Assembly (NCBI RefSeq): GCF_037902255.1
Contig: NZ_CP147990.1
Span: 510,001-542,000, forward strand
DNA length: 32,000 nucleotides
Reading direction: 5' to 3'
Source: Candidatus Electrothrix sp. GW3-4
GTDB taxonomy: Bacteria; Desulfobacterota; Desulfobulbia; Desulfobulbales; Desulfobulbaceae
In this document: piece after piece, positions 30,917 to 32,000 of the stretch
Layout of the letters: each line of letters begins with the position of its first letter
Numbering within the stretch: position 1 is the stretch's first letter
Position numbers and translations under genes: made by a program
The notes under the pieces: generated by a model
The model's database searches: none
Told to the model about the DNA's origin: nothing
Seen by the model: the letters and a program-made list of their open reading frames with translations, nothing else

Positions 30917-31513
30917 ATGGCAAAGGATGATTCAGAAAAAGACAGACAAGCGCGGATTGAGAAATTACAGCGTAAAATTGAAGAACTGACCGGTGGAAAG
31001 CCTGTTTCATTCAGCTCAGAGAACTGTTCGTCGGAACTGAAAGAAAAATTCTTGGAATATGTGCTCACTTTTGAAGAGGGAGAGCATGCTCCGTTATTTG
31101 ATACCCTGACCAATGCCGGTCTGCATCTCCCGGCACCTGATGAGCTGGATGATGGAGCACTCACGGGGAAACTCTGGGAAGTCATTCATGCCCTGGCAAT
31201 GCTCGGAGTTTTTCTCCATAACACAGATCATCTGAATGATCGTGAACTCTATGAGGATCTGTGGCAGGATGCCTTACGGGAAGACTATTTTATTCAACCC
31301 GCGAACAGGGATTTCGCCTGTCATCTTGATATGATCGGCAGCGGAAGCGAGGAAGACCTCTTCATCTTCCTGAAATATTACGCAGACGAAGGAGAGCGGG
31401 AATGGTGGAAGGAAGAGTACCCGCAAGATGATTTTCCGGCTTCTGCACCAAGGCCCTATGATCGTGACCGTCATCTCCCTAAACGGGAGGAATGGGAAGA
31501 AGGCCAGTGTTAA
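30917..31513 (+). CDS. Hypothetical acidic protein, 198 aa, third gene of the ATPase operon
   Basis: Clean ATG ORF 26 nt after the PIN-like gene. N-terminal coiled-coil-like segment, LWEVIHALAMLGVFLHNTDHLNDRELYEDLW core, and a D/E/W-rich C-terminus. I cannot assign a family. Confidence 0.65.
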   Translation: MAKDDSEKDRQARIEKLQRKIEELTGGKPVSFSSENCSSELKEKFLEYVLTFEEGEHAPLFDTLTNAGLHLPAPDELDDGALTGKLWEVIHALAMLGVFLHNTDHLNDRELYEDLWQDALREDYFIQPANRDFACHLDMIGSGSEEDLFIFLKYYADEGEREWWKEEYPQDDFPASAPRPYDRDRHLPKREEWEEGQC

Positions 31514-31527
31514 TCGGTTACCCTGCC

Positions 31528-31674
31528 TTAAGCCGTCCGCATTTCCCGAACCATCTCCGTCGGGCTCTGCCCAAAGCAGCGCTTAACCTCGTGACTGAAC
31601 TGTGACGCATTTTCATATTCCACATTGTCCGCAGCAAGATAGACCTTCATATTTTCCTGTCCCCATAGACCCAT
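31528..31674 (-). pseudogene. Remnant of an AraC/XylS-family regulator (last ~48 codons only)
   Basis: Manual minus-strand translation gives MGLWGQENMKVYLAADNVEYENASQFSHEVKRCFGQSPTEMVREMRTA*. This matches the second HTH of AraC proteins (GY.N.S.FSR.FKR.FG.SP...R). An in-frame TGA lies immediately upstream, and there is no room for the N-terminal ~200 aa. Confidence 0.7.
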
Positions 31675-31724
31675 AGATCACAGGTCGTTGTTCGTCGTAG
31701 CTGTGACCGATCAATAATCGTTCA

Positions 31725-31787
31725 AAGCAGGTTGCCAGAACCTGCTTCATGTGCCCGGAGGATGTCCCCTCCGGGCTCTTTTATTTT
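31725..31787 (+). terminator. Tandem perfect hairpins; the second has a T-tract (rho-independent terminator-like)
   Basis: AAGCAGGTT-GCCAG-AACCTGCTT (31725-31747). GCCCGGAGG-ATGTCC-CCTCCGGGC (31753-31776) followed by TCTTTTATTTT. Confidence 0.6.
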
Positions 31788-31818
31788 ATGCAGTATGCAA
31801 AGCGTTGATCCCCTTTAT

Positions 31819-32000
31819 ATGTCAGAAGAAGAAAAGATGCAGCCTGATGCCCAGGTCGTCGCGGCAGTGCCCGCTGGTTGGTATGTCCTTGGCGTCCTCA
31901 GCCTGCTCATGGGATTCGGGTCCATCTCCACCGACCTCTATCTGCCCGCCATGCCAGTGATGGGCCGGGCCTTGGGTGCGGATGCCGGGATGATTGAGCT
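31819..32000 (+). CDS. Bcr/CflA-type MFS efflux transporter, N-terminal fragment (continues beyond the window)
   Basis: Manual translation gives MSEEEKMQPDAQVVAAVPAGWYVLGVLSLLMGFGSISTDLYLPAMPVMGRALGADAGMIE. The LG..S.L..F..IS.DLYLPA.P pattern is characteristic of Bcr/CflA family TM1. The start could instead be the ATG at 31837. It is absent from the track because no stop falls in the window. Confidence 0.7.
   Translation, partial: MSEEEKMQPDAQVVAAVPAGWYVLGVLSLLMGFGSISTDLYLPAMPVMGRALGADAGMIE

Noticed and set aside
31751-31960. 69-aa track ORF MPGGCPLRALLFYAV...
   Set aside because: It starts inside the terminator-like hairpin and is out of frame with the much more convincing Bcr/CflA-type MFS N-terminus (start at 31819), which runs off the window.

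Overview
The window has four parts.

(1) 1-22243, all on the + strand: the 3' part of rpoC, then an uninterrupted str/S10/spc/alpha ribosomal-protein supercluster. Gene order is rpsL, rpsG, fusA, tuf, rpsJ, rplC, rplD, rplW, rplB, rpsS, rplV, rpsC, rplP, rpmC, rpsQ, rplN, rplX, rplE, rpsN (short Zn form), rpsH, rplF, rplR, rpsE, rpmD, rplO, secY, map, infA, rpmJ, rpsM, rpsK, rpsD, rpoA, rplQ. It ends at a strong rho-independent terminator. rpmD and rpmJ are missing from the ORF track and were found by manual translation.

(2) 22462-26643: a YkgJ-family Cys-cluster protein converging on a ydbH-ynbE-ydbL envelope operon (AsmA-like). This implies a diderm host.

(3) 26940-31674: a compositionally mixed accessory patch with no integrase, IS or tRNA visible.
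- A signal-peptide lipocalin-like protein is translationally coupled to a very AT-rich orphan gene.
- About 400 bp follow with no credible ORF.
- Two paralogous arrays of seven contiguous 21-bp direct repeats come next. Each array lies 5' of a gene: a 69-aa helical protein, and a three-gene operon.
- The operon encodes an ABC/AAA_21-type ATPase, a PIN-like protein interrupted by a frameshift, and a 198-aa acidic unknown.
- An AraC-family C-terminal remnant closes the patch.

(4) 31819-32000: the start of a Bcr/CflA-type MFS transporter.

The repeat arrays plus the ATPase/PIN-like module are the best candidate for an undescribed system, possibly defence-like. All functional readings of that region are inference from motifs. 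I could not run any homology or structure search.
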